From the sequence record PZ452583.1: DNA of 64,000 nucleotides, one strand, 5' to 3'. A program made the translations under genes and the position numbers. Source of the DNA: a phage. The notes beneath the pieces were generated by a model that was not told the DNA's origin, made no database searches, and saw only the letters and a program-made list of their open reading frames with translations. Shown one piece after another: positions 47,198-59,700 of the stretch; position 1 is the first letter of the stretch, and every line of letters starts with the position of its first letter.

Positions 47198-47608
47198 TCA
47201 GCCTCTATCAACGATAGCATGAGTATGGGCATTTACGATTTGCCACCAGTCGAAACGATTGGAACCATAATCTGGTTTATTTTCATTTTCTTTAATGATA
47301 TCACGCAGCTTATCTTCTGTTTCAGCATACGCAATTAAATCATCATATCCACCGCAAGGATAATAATTATCACCTGCGAATAAAAGAAAATTTACCTTAG
47401 ATGGATTTACGTAATAATGGTCTTTAGGATATTTAGTTCCTCTCCAATCAGTTACTTCAACATAACGGTAAGAAAATCCATTTTTACTTTCAATCCAACT
47501 CCACGCTTCAAAAGGAGTATTAAAAACTTTATCAGGTATTAAATTACCTTCAAAATGAGAAGGATTTGCATAATCCCCGGCATAAACATAATATTCGTTA
47601 ATACTCAT
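47198..47608 (-). CDS. Hypothetical protein
   Basis: ORF track 136 aa. Confidence 0.55.
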   Translation of the reverse strand: MSINEYYVYAGDYANPSHFEGNLIPDKVFNTPFEAWSWIESKNGFSYRYVEVTDWRGTKYPKDHYYVNPSKVNFLLFAGDNYYPCGGYDDLIAYAETEDKLRDIIKENENKPDYGSNRFDWWQIVNAHTHAIVDRG

Positions 47609-47794
47609 TTATTCACCTTTAGAAATTTTATCCATAACGATAGCGATTAAACCAATTAAAAATGCTACTACAAGCGAAAACACATTTTCTGCTGTAGTTA
47701 ATAATCCGCATATAAATCCAACAAACATTGAAAAACTAAAAGCGGAAGCAGAAATTGCAATAGCAACATTTCGAATTAATTCACAACGTTTCAT
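47609..47794 (-). CDS. Hypothetical small membrane protein
   Basis: Track ORF 47609..47854 reads through a promoter; supported start ATG 47794..47792 (MKRCELIRN) after GAGGAG; hydrophobic helix FSMFVGFICGLL...VVAFLIGLIAIV. Confidence 0.5.
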   Translation of the reverse strand: MKRCELIRNVAIAISASAFSFSMFVGFICGLLTTAENVFSLVVAFLIGLIAIVMDKISKGE

Positions 47795-47822
47795 TTTATT
47801 CTCCTCAGTAGTTGATAGGGTA

Positions 47823-47852
47823 ATAGTATCACTACTAAAACCCCGTGTAAAC
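47823..47852 (-). promoter_or_regulatory. T4 early-promoter-like element
   Basis: Minus strand GTTTAC, 18-nt spacer, TACTAT. Confidence 0.45.
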
Positions 47853-47864
47853 AACTTTGTGAAA

Positions 47865-48122
47865 TTATTTTAAATCTTCTAATCGTTTCTTCATCTTAGA
47901 ACCATTTTTAGCGATTTCTCCTGCGTCAGAGCATAATGCTAAAAGTGCTTTAACTTTAGTTTGGTCTCCTTTAAAAGACGAAGGATCGACTGCAGCAGCA
48001 AGTTCTTTAATACGAGAGAAAAGACGCTCAGCTTCAGCTAAAGCCATTCCAAGCTTTACTTCCATACCATGAGAAGATTCAGTGATAATAGTTTCTGTAG
48101 CAAACTCTTTATAAGTTTTCAT
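47865..48122 (-). CDS. Internal-protein-like (capsid-targeting sequence) protein at the T4 ipI position
   Basis: ORF track 85 aa; N-terminus MKTYKEFATETIITE fits the CTS pattern; immediately downstream (in transcription) of 57B as ipI is in T4. Confidence 0.6.
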   Translation of the reverse strand: MKTYKEFATETIITESSHGMEVKLGMALAEAERLFSRIKELAAAVDPSSFKGDQTKVKALLALCSDAGEIAKNGSKMKKRLEDLK

Positions 48123-48153
48123 TTTATTTTTCCTAATTAATTTTGATGAGGTA

Positions 48154-48183
48154 ATAGTATCACTACCTCATCAGTGTGTAAAC
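48154..48183 (-). promoter_or_regulatory. T4 early-promoter-like element upstream of the ipI-position gene
   Basis: Minus strand GTTTAC, 18-nt spacer, TACTAT. Confidence 0.45.
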
Positions 48184-48195
48184 AACTTTGTGAAA

Positions 48196-48892
<697 letters not shown>

Positions 48893-48893
<1 letters not shown>

Positions 48894-49618
48894 TATAGTA
48901 CCTTTAGTGTATTTTTAATTTTAGAAAAAAGTTCTTCAAGAGAACCATCGTTTGTAATTACTAAATCGCCATCACGAATTGGCAATCCAGCTTCTGTAAT
49001 ATGTGTATCATTGGATTTTTGACCAGGACGAACTACATGAATTACTGTAGCACCCATCGCCCTAGCCGCATCCATTTCATGATCTTGACGAGTATCAGGA
49101 ACGATATAATAATCATAACCTGAGTTAAATTTATCAAGATAATCTAAAGCAAATAATTTTACCCAGTACATGCGGTCGAAGTTATTAACAATCAAATCCG
49201 TACCTAGGGCTTGCATCAGACGACGGACTGACCATTGATCTTCAATATTATTTATAACGTCAATAATCTTGTTAAATGCTACGGAATTAACTGATTCTTG
49301 TCCTTCGTCATCAAAAACAAACACACCTTTAATCGGGCTTTTACCATTAAGATAGCAAAATGCTTGTTCCATAATCGTGATTACTTCTAATTTAGTCAGA
49401 TTTAAATTAGTCTCACGATCATAGTCAATTCCTTCAAACTCTTTACGAGTTAAGCAAGGATAGTCAGTGTTTGCTGCAAATACTCCCCATGCATAAGCCA
49501 ATGCATCCTTAATAGGACCAGCAAGTTGGTATTTAACTGCAGAATAATTGCTCATGATAAAATCAGCAGTAGTATCTTTTCCACTACGCTTTACACCGCT
49601 TAAAAAGATTAGTTTCAT
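48893..49618 (-). CDS. 1: Deoxynucleoside monophosphate kinase gp1
   Basis: Track ORF 48893..49657; supported start ATG 49618..49616 (MKLIFLSGVKRSGKDT, 241 aa) after GAGGAGAAAC; P-loop GVKRSGKDT. Confidence 0.9.
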
Positions 49619-49667
49619 GTGTTTCTCCTCAAATTTAATTAAGATTATAACACACAAAACTGAAGCA

Positions 49668-50198
49668 TTAAACTTCTGCTATAATTTTTCCATCTTTTTC
49701 TACTTGAAAATAGGTGTAAGGAATCGTTGCAGTACATACTAAAGCCGGGTCTGAATCTTCCGTATAGCTAAATTCTACTTCAGATAGGTCAGAAACCCAA
49801 GGCTTATAAAAATTTATTGACATCACGATTTCAGTTTTGCTATTATCTAAGATGTAAAGCGTAATGTACTCAGGACCTGTTTTTTGGGCAGTATTTTCAC
49901 CTGTAAGATAGTTGCTAGTTCCTAGCATCCATTCATACATTCCTATCCACGACTTAAGTTCTTCATCAACTATAAATCTCACAATGAGTGGATCATACTC
50001 AAATGTAACACCTGGACGTTGTGCTCGACCCAGTCCAAACGGCCCAGTCACGGTATCAGTAACAGGTATTCTAATTCCTGGAATAGGAACTGACTGAGCA
50101 TTTAAAGTAAAAGCAGATGTAGTATTACTATGTGGTATTGATACTACAAAGTTAGTTGTATTTGCTTGGTTAAAAATTTGTTGCAGAGCTTGCGACAT
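49668..50198 (-). CDS. 3: Tail completion/sheath stabilizer gp3
   Basis: Track ORF 49668..50279; supported start ATG 50198..50196 (MSQALQQIFNQ, 176 aa) after GAGGAA. Confidence 0.8.
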   Translation of the reverse strand: MSQALQQIFNQANTTNFVVSIPHSNTTSAFTLNAQSVPIPGIRIPVTDTVTGPFGLGRAQRPGVTFEYDPLIVRFIVDEELKSWIGMYEWMLGTSNYLTGENTAQKTGPEYITLYILDNSKTEIVMSINFYKPWVSDLSEVEFSYTEDSDPALVCTATIPYTYFQVEKDGKIIAEV

Positions 50199-50304
50199 AT
50201 ATTCCTCATAATGCTTTATAACTGTTGGTGGTATAATGGGTCTAAGTCCCTTCCATTCAATTCCATTTAGAACAAACAACAGAAAAGAATGGAAGATAAT
50301 AGAA

Positions 50305-51129
50305 TTAGATATTTGACCAGACTTTGTTTGCAGAGAAACGTTTTCCTTTTGAAACGAACTGCTGAAGTGGCATCAACACAACGTTCGCCCAGTCTTTCGG
50401 GGCGATTTCAACAAGACTACCCATAATATTACCGGGTATATATGCCTTAATCATTTGGTCTGCACCCCTAAATCCTTTCACTTGACTCCAATCAATTTTT
50501 AATTTCGTTTTATTAGTAATAGTAGGTGTATTTGAATATTGCTTTAAAAGCTCTTCTAGAAATTGCTGACGAGCTTTAGGTGGAATATAGTGCAAGTTCA
50601 ATCCGTACATTAAATTATGCTTACCTAAACCAAGGTAAATTATCAAAGGAAATTTATCCCAGTAAGGAAGAGTTTCCTTGTGTTTAGCATCATAAGCAAA
50701 AGCATATATTCGTCCCGGCTGCGGGCGAACAACTTTATGTCCTTTTACTTGCTTAATAGTTTCAGCAAACCATTTTCTGGTTTTATTATTAATTGCTGCG
50801 CCTTCATTACGAATTTTATCGCGCAATGTTTGTCTGAATGAATTTATCATAAGCAGTTGTCTTTCTTGCTTATTGAGCTTATTCATTGGTTTTGATTCAA
50901 GCTTTTGAATCTTTTCAGCCGTTTTAATTCCTGAAGCATATTTTGACATTGCCGAAGTAAACGTAGAGTATTTGATTCCTCTTTCTTCAGCAAATTGTTT
51001 TCCTGTCATTCCTTTTGCTTTGGCCTTTTTATATTCAAGACCTATCTGAATCCATTTCTTTTCGTTTAATGATTGCTTAACCTTTGGAACTTGGGGAGTG
51101 CTTTCATTAATTATTTGAAAAATAGCCAT
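50305..51129 (-). CDS. 2: DNA end-protector protein gp2
   Basis: ORF track 274 aa (T4 size); start overlaps the gene 4 stop. Confidence 0.88.
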   Translation of the reverse strand: MAIFQIINESTPQVPKVKQSLNEKKWIQIGLEYKKAKAKGMTGKQFAEERGIKYSTFTSAMSKYASGIKTAEKIQKLESKPMNKLNKQERQLLMINSFRQTLRDKIRNEGAAINNKTRKWFAETIKQVKGHKVVRPQPGRIYAFAYDAKHKETLPYWDKFPLIIYLGLGKHNLMYGLNLHYIPPKARQQFLEELLKQYSNTPTITNKTKLKIDWSQVKGFRGADQMIKAYIPGNIMGSLVEIAPKDWANVVLMPLQQFVSKGKRFSANKVWSNI

Positions 51130-51581
51130 TATGCCCCCTTAAAGCCAAGAGCTCGTAATCCATCTTCTGTTAGAATTCTAAATTTTATTCCACGCTTTTC
51201 AGCTAAAGATTGTGCTGCTTTCCATTTGTCAGTGTTCACAGACCAGGTATAAATTTCATTCATAAATCTTTTCTTCGCTGCGGTTGTTAGATGTGCTGGT
51301 TTAACTGGTGGTTGTGTTTCTTTTTTAGGTTTTATTTCAATAAAAAATTCTTGTCCAGAAGAATCTTTCATCCAAATATCCATGAAGTATCTACGTTTTT
51401 TCCCTTCTGCATTACAAAAATAAGGAATTACTGCTGTTTCACTACCCCATGCAATAATTTCTGGATTTTTATCTAACCATTCAAAAAAGAATTTTTCCCA
51501 ATTTGATCTATACGTAATTTTTTTAGGGTCACCTCTATACTTTGATATATTTTTAGGAACCCATTTTCCAGAATATGCCAT
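51129..51581 (-). CDS. 4: Head completion protein gp4
   Basis: ORF track 150 aa (T4 size); divergent from gene 53. Confidence 0.88.
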   Translation of the reverse strand: MAYSGKWVPKNISKYRGDPKKITYRSNWEKFFFEWLDKNPEIIAWGSETAVIPYFCNAEGKKRRYFMDIWMKDSSGQEFFIEIKPKKETQPPVKPAHLTTAAKKRFMNEIYTWSVNTDKWKAAQSLAEKRGIKFRILTEDGLRALGFKGA

Positions 51582-51592
51582 TGGATTCTCCT

Positions 51593-51600
51593 TATAAATA
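51593..51600 (+). promoter_or_regulatory. Late-promoter octamer TATAAATA for gene 53
   Basis: tataaata at 51593..51600, 28 nt upstream of the gene 53 ATG. Confidence 0.6.
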
Positions 51601-51607
51601 GATAATA

Positions 51608-51615
51608 TATTTATA
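51608..51615 (-). promoter_or_regulatory. Late-promoter octamer TATAAATA for gene 4 (divergent)
   Basis: Plus-strand tatttata at 51608..51615, about 27 nt upstream of the gene 4 ATG. Confidence 0.55.
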
Positions 51616-51628
51616 AACAGGAGGGCCC

Positions 51629-52219
51629 ATGCTCTTTACATTTTTTGATCCGATTGAATATGCGGCCAAAACGGTGAATAAAAACGCGCCGACTATTCCT
51701 ATGACAGATATTTTTAGAAACTATAAAGACTATTTTAAACGCGCTCTTGCGGGATACCGCTTACGTACTTATTATATTAAAGGTTCACCACGCCCGGAAG
51801 AATTAGCAAATACTATATATGGAAATCCACAGTTGTATTGGGTTTTATTGATGTGTAATGATAATTATGACCCGTATTATGGATGGATTACTTCACAAGA
51901 AGCTGCTTATCAAGCATCTATACAAAAATACAAAAACGTAGGTGGAGACCAAATAGTATATCATGTGAATGAAAACGGTGAAAAATTTTATAATTTAGTA
52001 TCATACGATGATAATCCATATGTTTGGTATGATAAAGGCGATAAAGCTAAAAAATATCCTCAATATGAAGGAGCGCTTGCTGCGGTCGATACGTATGAAG
52101 CTGCTGTTCTTGAAAATGAAAAACTTCGTCAAATAAAAATAATAGCAAAATCAGACATCAATTCATTTATGAACGACCTTATACGTATAATGGAGAAATC
52201 TTATGGAAATGATAAGTAA
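51629..52219 (+). CDS. 53: Baseplate wedge protein gp53
   Basis: ORF track 196 aa (T4 size); GGAGGG Shine-Dalgarno; late promoter upstream. Confidence 0.9.
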   Translation: MLFTFFDPIEYAAKTVNKNAPTIPMTDIFRNYKDYFKRALAGYRLRTYYIKGSPRPEELANTIYGNPQLYWVLLMCNDNYDPYYGWITSQEAAYQASIQKYKNVGGDQIVYHVNENGEKFYNLVSYDDNPYVWYDKGDKAKKYPQYEGALAAVDTYEAAVLENEKLRQIKIIAKSDINSFMNDLIRIMEKSYGNDK

Positions 52220-53930
52220 TAACCTTAATTGGTTTGTTGGTGTTGTTGAAGATAGAATGGACCCATTAAAATTAGGTCGTGTTCGTGTTCGTGTTGTTGG
52301 TCTGCATCCACCTCAAAGAGCACAAGGTGATGTAATGGGTATTCCAACTGAAAAATTACCGTGGATGTCAGTTATTCAACCTATAACTTCTGCAGCAATG
52401 TCAGGAATTGGAGGTTCTGTTACTGGACCAGTAGAAGGAACTAGAGTTTATGGTCATTTTTTAGACAAATGGAAAACTAACGGAATTGTCCTTGGCACGT
52501 ATGGTGGAATAGTTCGCGAAAAACCGAATAGACTTGAAGGATTTTCTGATCCAACTGGACAATATCCTAGACGTTTAGGAAATGATACTAACGTACTAAA
52601 CCAAGGCGGTGATGTAGGATATGATTCCTCTTCTAATGTTATTCAAGATAGTAACTTAGACACTGCAATAAATCCTGATGATAGACCACTATCAGAGATT
52701 CCAACTGATGATAATCCAAACATGTCAATGGCTGAAATGCTTCGCCGTGATGAAGGATTAAGACTAAAAGTTTATTGGGATACTGAAGGATATCCGACAA
52801 TTGGTATTGGTCATCTTATCATGAAGCAGCCAGTTCGTGATATGGCTCAAATTAATAAAGTTTTATCAAAACAAGTTGGTCGTGAAATTACAGGAAATCC
52901 AGGTTCTATTACAATGGAAGAAGCGACGACTTTATTTGAGCGTGATTTGGCTGATATGCAACGTGATATTAAATCACATTCTAAAGTAGGACCAGTCTGG
53001 CAAGCTGTCAACCGTTCTCGCCAAATGGCATTAGAAAATATGGCATTTCAGATGGGTGTTGGCGGCGTAGCTAAATTTAACACAATGTTAACTGCTATGT
53101 TAGCAGGAGATTGGGAAAAAGCATATAAAGCCGGTCGTGATTCATTGTGGTATCAACAAACAAAAGGCCGTGCATCCCGTGTTACCATGATTATTCTTAC
53201 GGGAAATTTGGAATCATATGGTGTTGAAGTGAAAACTCCGGCTAGGTCTTTATCGGCAATGGCTGCGACTGTAGCTAAATCTTCTGATCCAGCTGATCCT
53301 CCTATTCCAAATGACTCAAGAATTTTGTTCAAAGAACCAGTTTCTTCATATAAAGGCGAATATCCTTATGTGCATACAATGGAAACTGAAAGTGGACATA
53401 TTCAGGAATTTGATGATACCCCTGGGCAAGAACGATACAGATTAGTTCATCCAACTGGAACTTATGAAGAAGTATCACCGTCAGGAAGAAGAACAAGAAA
53501 AACTGTTGATAATTTGTATGATATAACCAACGCTGATGGTAATTTTTTGGTAGCCGGTGATAAAAAGACTAACGTCGGTGGATCAGAAATTTATTACAAC
53601 ATGGATAATCGTCTTCACCAGATAGATGGAAGCAATACAATATTTGTACGTGGCGATGAAACTAAGACGGTTGAAGGTAATGGAACTATCCTAGTTAAAG
53701 GTAATGTTACTATTGTAGTTGAAGGTAATGCTGACATTACAGTTAAAGGAGATGCTACCACTTTAGTTGAAGGTAATCAAACTAACACAGTAAATGGAAA
53801 TCTTTCTTGGAAAGTTGCTGGGACAGTTGATTGGGACGTTGGTGGTGATTGGACAGAAAAAATGGCATCTATGAGTTCTATTTCATCTGGTCAATACACA
53901 ATTGATGGATCGAGGATTGACATTGGCTAA
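52203..53930 (+). CDS. 5: Baseplate hub/central spike with lysozyme domain gp5
   Basis: ORF track 575 aa (T4 size); internal lysozyme domain MAEMLRRDEGLRLKVYWDTEGYPTIGIGHL; C-terminal VxGxxxxxV beta-helix repeats. Confidence 0.95.
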   Translation: MEMISNNLNWFVGVVEDRMDPLKLGRVRVRVVGLHPPQRAQGDVMGIPTEKLPWMSVIQPITSAAMSGIGGSVTGPVEGTRVYGHFLDKWKTNGIVLGTYGGIVREKPNRLEGFSDPTGQYPRRLGNDTNVLNQGGDVGYDSSSNVIQDSNLDTAINPDDRPLSEIPTDDNPNMSMAEMLRRDEGLRLKVYWDTEGYPTIGIGHLIMKQPVRDMAQINKVLSKQVGREITGNPGSITMEEATTLFERDLADMQRDIKSHSKVGPVWQAVNRSRQMALENMAFQMGVGGVAKFNTMLTAMLAGDWEKAYKAGRDSLWYQQTKGRASRVTMIILTGNLESYGVEVKTPARSLSAMAATVAKSSDPADPPIPNDSRILFKEPVSSYKGEYPYVHTMETESGHIQEFDDTPGQERYRLVHPTGTYEEVSPSGRRTRKTVDNLYDITNADGNFLVAGDKKTNVGGSEIYYNMDNRLHQIDGSNTIFVRGDETKTVEGNGTILVKGNVTIVVEGNADITVKGDATTLVEGNQTNTVNGNLSWKVAGTVDWDVGGDWTEKMASMSSISSGQYTIDGSRIDIG

Positions 53931-53964
53931 TATACTTCCAATGAGCGCTGATTTAGGAGAATCC

Positions 53965-54459
53965 ATGGAAGGTTCTTCTATCGACGTCACCTTTACCGCT
54001 CAATTAGAAACAGGTGAAACGTTAGTATCTATAAATATAACTAGTTACGAAGAAACTCCTGGGGTTTTAGTAGAAGAAAATCGCTTATACGGAACATATG
54101 AATCTGTGTTTGGATTTGGAAATGACGCGTTGAAATATCGTTTAGGTGATGAATTTAAAACTGCTGCTTCATGGGAAGAACTTCCTACTGATTCTGACAC
54201 TCAGTTGTATTTGTGGAAAGCTCCTAAAAACCTCCAGAAGACATTCACTTACGAAGTAACATTAATATATGACTACCAAGAACAAAGTGAATCTGGAGGT
54301 TCTGGCAGTAATTCTAGGTCATCTTCTGATACTACTGAACCAACGGATCCTCCTGCTCCAATAAGAAAAACTCTCGTTAAAAATTATACTAAAACTATAG
54401 TTGGAAATTGGAGTCGTTGGGCTAATAAATTGAGAAGCTATGTGTATGAGAGGCCATAA
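53965..54459 (+). CDS. Hypothetical protein (T4 5.1 position)
   Basis: Track ORF 53902..54459; best-supported start ATG 53965 after AGGAGAA; start uncertain. Confidence 0.5.
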
Positions 54460-54753
54460 ATGTCAGGATTAAGTTATGATAAGTGTGTTACTGCTGGCCA
54501 TGAAGCGTGGCCTCCAACAGTTGTGAATGCTACACAAAGTAAAGTATTCACTGGAGGAATTGCTGTTCTAGTAGCAGGCGATCCAATTACAGAACATACA
54601 GAAATTAAAAAGCCATATGAAACACATGGCGGAGTGACACAACCTAGAACTTCTAAGGTATATGTCACAGGAAAGAAAGCTGTTCAAATGGCTGATCCAA
54701 TATCATGCGGTGATACTGTGGCTCAGGCATCATCTAAAGTATTCATTAAATAG
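54460..54753 (+). CDS. 5.4: PAAR-repeat spike-tip protein gp5.4
   Basis: ORF track 97 aa (T4 gp5.4 size); ATG overlaps the upstream stop. Confidence 0.8.
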
Positions 54754-54761
54754 GATTTAAA

Positions 54762-56744
54762 ATGGCAAATACCCCTGTAAATTATCAATTAACAAGAACA
54801 GCAAATGCTATTCCCGAGATATTCGTCGGGGGTACGTTTGCTGAAATAAAACAAAACCTCATTGAATGGCTTAATGGCCAAAATGAATTTTTGGATTATG
54901 ATTTTGAAGGCTCAAGATTAAACGTTCTGTGTGACCTTTTGGCTTATAATACGCTGTACATTCAGCAGTTTGGTAATGCTGCTGTGTATGAAAGCTTTAT
55001 GCGTACTGCTAACTTACGAAGTTCAGTTGTTCAAGCTGCACAAGATAACGGATATTTACCTACTTCAAAATCCGCTGCGCAGACCGAAATTATGTTAACA
55101 TGCACCGACGCATTGAATAGGAATTACATTACTATTCCTCGCGGAACTCGCTTTTTAGCATATGCAAAAGATACTTCTGTTAATCCATATAACTTCGTTT
55201 CTACCGAAGACGTTATTGCTATTCGTGATAAAAATAACCAATATTTTCCACGTTTAAAATTGGCCCAGGGACGTATAGTAAGAACTGAAATCATTTATGA
55301 TAAATTAACACCTATTATCATTTATGATAAAAATATTGATAGAAACCAGGTTAAATTATATGTTGATGGAGCGGAATGGATTAACTGGACGAGAAAGTCA
55401 ATGGTTCATGCTGGTTCAACATCAACGATTTACTATATGCGTGAAACTATTGATGGAAACACTGAATTCTATTTTGGCGAAGGTGAAATTTCTGTTAATG
55501 CTTCTGAAGGAGCTTTGACCGCTAATTATATCGGAGGTCTTAAACCTACCCAGAACTCTACGATTGTTATTGAGTACATCAGTACTAACGGTGCAGATGC
55601 GAATGGCGCAGTCGGATTTTCATATGCAGATACATTAACAAATATAACTGTCATCAATATTAATGAAAATCCAAACGACGACCCAGATTTTGTCGGAGCA
55701 GATGGCGGCGGTGATCCAGAAGATATTGAACGTATTCGCGAATTGGGTACTATTAAACGCGAAACTCAGCAACGATGCGTAACTGCGACTGACTACGATA
55801 CATTCGTTTCAGAGAGATTTGGTTCTATTATTCAAGCTGTTCAGACTTTCACTGATTCTACTAAACCTGGGTATGCATTTATTGCTGCTAAACCTAAATC
55901 AGGTCTGTATTTAACTACTGTGCAACGTGAAGATATTAAAAATTATCTCAAAGACTATAATTTAGCTCCTATTACGCCATCAATTATTTCTCCTAATTAT
56001 CTTTTTATTAAGACTAATTTAAAAGTCACATATGCTTTAAATAAGCTGCAAGAATCCGAACAGTGGCTCGAAGGTCAAATAATTGATAAAATTGATCGTT
56101 ATTATACCGAAGATGTAGAAATTTTCAACTCGTCTTTTGCCAAGTCTAAGATGTTGACATATGTAGATGATGCAGATCATTCTATCATTGGTTCATCAGC
56201 GACAATTCAAATTGTTCGTGAAGTACAAAACTTCTATAAAACGCCTGAAGCGGGTATTAAATACAATAATCAAATAAAAGATCGTTCTATGGAATCTAAT
56301 ACGTTTTCATTTAATTCTGGACGAAAGGTTGTAAATCCTGATACTGGTTTAGAAGAAGATGTATTATACGATGTTCGTATAGTATCAACAGACCGAGATT
56401 CTAAAGGAATTGGTAAAGTTATTATTGGTCCATTTGCTTCTGGCGATGTTACAGAAAATGAAAACATTCAGCCGTATACAGGCAACGATTTTAACAAATT
56501 AGCAAATTCTGATGGACGCGACAAATACTATGTTATCGGTGAAATAAATTATCCAGCTGACATGATTTATTGGAATATCGCTAAAATTAATTTAACATCT
56601 GAAAAATTTGAAGTTCAGACTATTGAATTATATTCTGACCCAACCGATGATGTTATCTTTACTCGCGATGGTTCACTGATTGTATTTGAAAATGACTTAC
56701 GTCCACAATACTTAACTATCGATTTGGAGCCTATATCACAATGA
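54762..56744 (+). CDS. 6: Baseplate wedge protein gp6
   Basis: ORF track 660 aa (T4 size); T4 synteny. Confidence 0.93.
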   Translation: MANTPVNYQLTRTANAIPEIFVGGTFAEIKQNLIEWLNGQNEFLDYDFEGSRLNVLCDLLAYNTLYIQQFGNAAVYESFMRTANLRSSVVQAAQDNGYLPTSKSAAQTEIMLTCTDALNRNYITIPRGTRFLAYAKDTSVNPYNFVSTEDVIAIRDKNNQYFPRLKLAQGRIVRTEIIYDKLTPIIIYDKNIDRNQVKLYVDGAEWINWTRKSMVHAGSTSTIYYMRETIDGNTEFYFGEGEISVNASEGALTANYIGGLKPTQNSTIVIEYISTNGADANGAVGFSYADTLTNITVININENPNDDPDFVGADGGGDPEDIERIRELGTIKRETQQRCVTATDYDTFVSERFGSIIQAVQTFTDSTKPGYAFIAAKPKSGLYLTTVQREDIKNYLKDYNLAPITPSIISPNYLFIKTNLKVTYALNKLQESEQWLEGQIIDKIDRYYTEDVEIFNSSFAKSKMLTYVDDADHSIIGSSATIQIVREVQNFYKTPEAGIKYNNQIKDRSMESNTFSFNSGRKVVNPDTGLEEDVLYDVRIVSTDRDSKGIGKVIIGPFASGDVTENENIQPYTGNDFNKLANSDGRDKYYVIGEINYPADMIYWNIAKINLTSEKFEVQTIELYSDPTDDVIFTRDGSLIVFENDLRPQYLTIDLEPISQ

Positions 56745-59700
56745 CAGTAAAAGCACCTTCAGTCACTAGTCTCAGAATTTCCAAGTTATCCGCAAATCAG
56801 GTGCAAGTACGCTGGGATGACGTTGGTGCTAATTTCTACTATTTTGTAGAAATCGCTGAGACAAAAACAAACTCGGGGGAAAATCTCCCGAGTAATCAAT
56901 ACAGATGGATTAACTTAGGATATACTGCAAATAACAGCTTCTTTTTTGATGATGCTGATCCATTGACATCATATATTATCAGAGTAGCTACAGCTGCGCA
57001 AGATTTTGAGCAGTCTGATTGGATTTATACTGAAGAGTTTGAAACTTTTGCTACGAATGCTTACACATTTCAAAACATGATTGAAATGCAATTAGCCAAT
57101 AAATTCATTCAGGAAAAATTTACTCTTAATAATTCTGATTATGTTAATTTTAATAATGACACTATAATGGCTGCATTGATGAATGAATCATTTCAATTCA
57201 GCCCATCGTATGTTGATGTCTCATCAATCAGTAATTTTATTATTGGTGAAAATGAGTATCATGAAATACAAGGTTCTATTCAGCAAGTATGTAAGGATAT
57301 TAACCGAGTTTATTTGATGGAATCAGAAGGAATTCTATATCTTTTTGAGCGCTATCAACCTGTAGTTAAAGTATCCAATGATAAAGGACAAACCTGGAAA
57401 GCTGTAAAGCTCTTCAATGACCGTGTAGGATATCCTCTATCTAAGACAATATATTACCAATCTGCGAACACAACATACGTTCTAGGATACGACAAGATTT
57501 TCTATGGCCGCAAATCTACTGATGTTAGATGGTCAGCCGATGATGTCAGATTTAGTTCTCAGGATATAACATTTGCTAAACTTGGCGACCAACTTCATTT
57601 AGGATTTGATGTAGAAATTTTTGCCACTTACGCGACTTTGCCAGCGAATGTATACCGCATTGCAGAAGCTATTACTTGCACCGATGATTACATTTACGTT
57701 GTCGCCAGAGACAAAGTTAGATACATAAAAACGAGTAATGCACCTATAGATTCTGATCCATTATCTCCAACATATTCGGAAAGACTTTTTGAACCTGATA
57801 CTATGACTATAACCGGAAATCCTAAAGCGGTATGCTATAAAATGGATTCTATCGGTGATAAAGTTTTTGCTCTTATTATTGGTGAAGTTGAAACATTAAA
57901 TGCTAATCCTAGAACATCAAAAATAATTGATTCCGCTGATAAAGGAATATATGTTTTAAATCATGACGAAAAAACATGGAAAAGAGTTTTTGGTAATACC
58001 GAAGAAGAAAGAAGACGTATTCAACCCGGATATGCGAATATGTCAACTGATGGTAAATTAGTTTCTCTGTCTTCGAGTAATTTTAAATTTTTAAGTGATA
58101 ATGTTGTTAATGACCCTGAAACTGCAGCAAAATATCAGTTAATTGGTGCTGTCAAATATGAATTTCCTCGTGAATGGCTAGCTGATAAGCATTATCATAT
58201 GATGGCATTTATAGCGGATGAAAAATCTGATTGGGAGACTTTTACTCCTCAACCAATGAAATACTACGCAGAACCGTTCTTTAACTGGTCTAAAAAATCT
58301 AACACACGCTGTTGGATAAACAACTCCGATAGGGTTGTAGTAGTTTATGCTGATTTAAAATACACTAAAGTTATAGAAAATATTCCGGAAACATCACCAG
58401 ATAGATTAGTTCATGAATACTGGGATGATGGCGATTGTACTATAGTAATGCCAAATGTTAAATTCACTGGATTTAAAAAATATGCATCTGGGATGCTTTT
58501 CTATAAAGCCTCTGGTGAAATAATTTCTTACTATGATTTTAACTATCGTGTGAGAGATACAGTAGAAATTATTTGGAAGCCAACTGAAGTATTTTTAAAA
58601 GCATTTTTACAAAACCAAGAGCGTGAAACTCCTTGGTCACCAGAAGAAGAACGTGGATTAGCTGACCCTGATTTAAGACCATTAATTGGCACAATGATGC
58701 CTGATTCTTATTTGTTACAAGATTCTAATTTTGAGGCATTTTGTGAAGCATATATTCAATATCTTTCTGACGGATATGGAACTCAGTATAACAATTTACG
58801 AAATTTAATTCGTAACCAATATCCACGAGAAGAGCATGCGTGGGAATATTTGTGGTCAGAGATATATAAAAGAAACATTTATTTAAATGCTGACAAACGT
58901 GATGCTGTTGCAAGATTTTTCGAATCACGTAGCTATGATTTTTATTCTACTAAAGGAATTGAAGCATCATACAAATTTCTTTTTAAAGTTCTTTATAATG
59001 AAGAAGTCGAAATTGAAATTGAATCGGGAGCAGGTACTGAATATGATGTAATCATTCAATCTGATTCTCTTACAGAAGATTTAGTAGGACAAACGATTTA
59101 TACAGCTACAGGAAGATGTAATGTTACTTATATAGAAAGAAGCTATTCTAATGGTAAATTGCAATGGACCGTAACTATTCATAATCTTTTGGGACGATTA
59201 ATTGCTGGCCAAGAAGTTAAAGCAGAAAGACTTCCTAGTTTTGAAGGCGAAATTATTCGTGGGGTTAAAGGAAAGGATTTGCTTCAAAATAATATAGACT
59301 ATATTAATAGAAGTCGATCATATTATGTAATGAAAATTAAATCCAATTTACCTTCTTCTCGTTGGAAATCTGACGTTATTCGTTTTGTTCATCCAGTAGG
59401 ATTTGGATTTATAGCAATTACCCTTTTAACGATGTTTATTAATGTCGGTTTAACTCTTAAACACACAGAGACAATAATTAATAAATATAAAAACTACAAA
59501 TGGGATTCTGGATTGCCTACTGAATATGCTGATAGAGTAGCTAAATTAACTCCTACCGGTGAAATTGAACACGATTCAGTAACAGGCGAAGCAATTTATG
59601 AGCCTGGCCCAATGGCTGGTGTAGAATATCCTCTTCCTGATGACTATAATGCTGAAAATAATAATTCAATATTTCAAGGTCAATTGCCGTCTGAACGACG

